The position numbers and the translations under genes were made by a program. Shown one piece after another: positions 5,949 to 7,032 of a stretch of DNA of 7,032 bases. Source of the stretch: Amoebidium appalachense (lineage: Eukaryota > Protista > Ichthyosporea); assembly GCA_963693365.1 (NCBI GenBank), contig CAVNZM010000115.1, positions 1-7,032 of the forward strand. The letters run 5' to 3'. Position 1 is the stretch's first letter. Every line of letters begins with the position of its first letter. The notes beneath the pieces are model-generated. The model ran no database searches, was not told the origin of the DNA, and worked only from the letters and a program-made list of their open reading frames with translations.

Positions 5949-6323
5949 CAAAAACATTGTGGTCTGGGTCGAGGGTGTCGATTCACCGTTGCGGATACTT
6001 GCAAGTTTGTCGCTACCCCAAGCTGCCGGTTGGGTCCCCAGGGCATTTTTGAGTGTATCCTTACTGTTTGCGAATATCTTGTCCATCAGGTTGCTGCTCC
6101 CCATGCTGACCTCGCCAGAGTAGTTTTTGGGCACGTGTGACCGCACGCCCTTCTCCTTTGCATCGGGCTGGTCTAGACGGGTCGGCATGCACACGCCCTT
6201 TACACGTGATGTTGCCGGACCACAGCGTCTTGTCTTGGAGGCGGCCTGGCGCCTTGGAGCCTTCCGGGAGGTAGATTCAGCCGACAACGACTCTGAATAG
6301 TTTTGCACCTTCATTTTGGCCAT
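5943..6323 (-). CDS. Hypothetical protein, module gene B copy 2, with basic tract and CGPxTxxVxGxC motif (126 aa)
   Basis: ATG at 6323 lies 28 nt after the stop of gene A copy 2 and is preceded by the T-rich element. STSRKAPRRQAASKTRR precedes CGPATSRVKGVC (6189-6224). Confidence 0.7.
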   Translation of the reverse strand: MAKMKVQNYSESLSAESTSRKAPRRQAASKTRRCGPATSRVKGVCMPTRLDQPDAKEKGVRSHVPKNYSGEVSMGSSNLMDKIFANSKDTLKNALGTQPAAWGSDKLASIRNGESTPSTQTTMFLK

Positions 6324-6344
6324 TGCATATGTCGCAAAATAAAT
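6317..6344 (-). promoter_or_regulatory. T-rich upstream element plus start context (putative viral promoter)
   Basis: ATTTATTTTGCGACATATGCAATGGCCA on the minus strand matches the element at 471-498. Confidence 0.5.
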
Positions 6345-6351
6345 GGAACGA

Positions 6352-7032
6352 TCAGCGCCCCAGGCAGATATTTGCCGACTGCATGCACGGCTTTGCCTCG
6401 CGACGGGCCTTGTCAAGGTTGCGGTAGTACAATGCCGCCAACGTGTCACCTTGCATCGTGAGGTTTGAGGTGGTCACGGCGAGAGTGCTGGTCCCGATGA
6501 CCACGTTGCGCCAACGGCTGTAGAGGTCTTCGTACAATTGAAGCCGACCCAACATCTTGACTTCCGCGCAGACAGGCCCCGGGCATGTCGTGACCTTAAA
6601 CAGCTCGCCATTGGTGAAGCATGCAATTAGGCCTTCGGGAGTGGTTTTTTCGGTTTTCGATTTGGCAATGCTCGACAGGTGCTTGTTGATGGTTGTCACG
6701 CAGCTGAAAGCTACCGAATAGGTACGCATGAACTCCTCGACCCTGGTGATGTACATGCGCGGCTGCCCACAGTCATCGACGGTCATGAGGTTGAAGTCTG
6801 GGCTGGAGTCGTTGGTAACCACCCGTCTTAGCCGCTGGTAGATATCTTCCGCTACCCTGATCGCATCAGTCACCCTTGTGGTCGACTCAGTTGTTGAAGG
6901 CATGACCTGCACGGCAAGAATGGGTATCCCGAGCGCGCAGAGCTGTGGAGGCTGATTGTTCTGAATCCCCAGAAGGAAGTGGTCGATGTTGATGCGCACG
7001 TAAACCCCCAGCGCCTTGGCTGCCTCTTCTCC
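6352..7032 (-). CDS. Hypothetical protein, module gene A copy 2, 5'-truncated by the window edge; paralog of 791..1615
   Basis: The frame stays open past the GTG at 6999 to base 7032 (GEEAAKALGVYVRINID...). Contains EDIYQRLR (6826-6849) and EDLYSRWR (6508-6531). Confidence 0.85.
   Translation of the reverse strand, partial: GEEAAKALGVYVRINIDHFLLGIQNNQPPQLCALGIPILAVQVMPSTTESTTRVTDAIRVAEDIYQRLRRVVTNDSSPDFNLMTVDDCGQPRMYITRVEEFMRTYSVAFSCVTTINKHLSSIAKSKTEKTTPEGLIACFTNGELFKVTTCPGPVCAEVKMLGRLQLYEDLYSRWRNVVIGTSTLAVTTSNLTMQGDTLAALYYRNLDKARREAKPCMQSANICLGR

Noticed and set aside
389-6140. Numerous alternative-frame and antisense ORFs (e.g. 389..790, 913..1308, 915..1325, 1467..2078, 2044..2580, 2423..2989, 4659..5198, 4931..5554, 5853..6140)
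   Set aside because: They overlap better-supported genes, lack motifs, and are the shadow ORFs expected in GC-rich DNA.
6324-6449. N-terminal extension of ORF 5943..6449
   Set aside because: Non-ATG start overlapping gene A copy 2 on the same strand; ATG 6323 carries the conserved upstream element.
791-7032. Transposon or terminal inverted repeats explaining the inverted A-B modules
   Set aside because: Similarity is seen only at protein level. No long nucleotide inverted repeat, transposase, integrase or target-site duplication is visible.
1-7032. CRISPR array, tRNA/rRNA genes, bacterial operon signals, spliceosomal introns
   Set aside because: No regularly spaced repeats, cloverleaf or rRNA-like segments, and no consistent Shine-Dalgarno motifs were seen. 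Recognised genes are contiguous ORFs.

Overview
Gene-dense, GC-rich, apparently intron-less segment of a giant DNA virus (Nucleocytoviricota; most like algal phycodnavirus-type viruses; the window cannot show whether it is free or endogenised). Recognisable genes are the late transcription factor VLTF3 (2378..3364 +), an Erv1/Alr sulfhydryl oxidase (5497..5877 -), a stand-alone SWIB/MDM2-domain protein (492..752 +), a tandem Zn-binding HNH-like protein (4833..5537 +) and a probable NCLDV-conserved hypothetical (3648..4202 +). The most unusual feature is a two-gene module of unknown function present twice, in inverted orientation, on either side of the conserved core. Gene A (791..1615 + and 6352..>7032 -) carries a twice-repeated ED[VIL]YxRxR motif. 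It is followed closely by gene B (1639..2322 + and 5943..6323 -), which has a basic tract and a CGPxTxxVxGxC motif. A T-rich element sits about 12-20 nt upstream of most start codons, and TATA-like boxes and AATAAA motifs are also visible. All family assignments come from motif recognition by eye; no database search was run.
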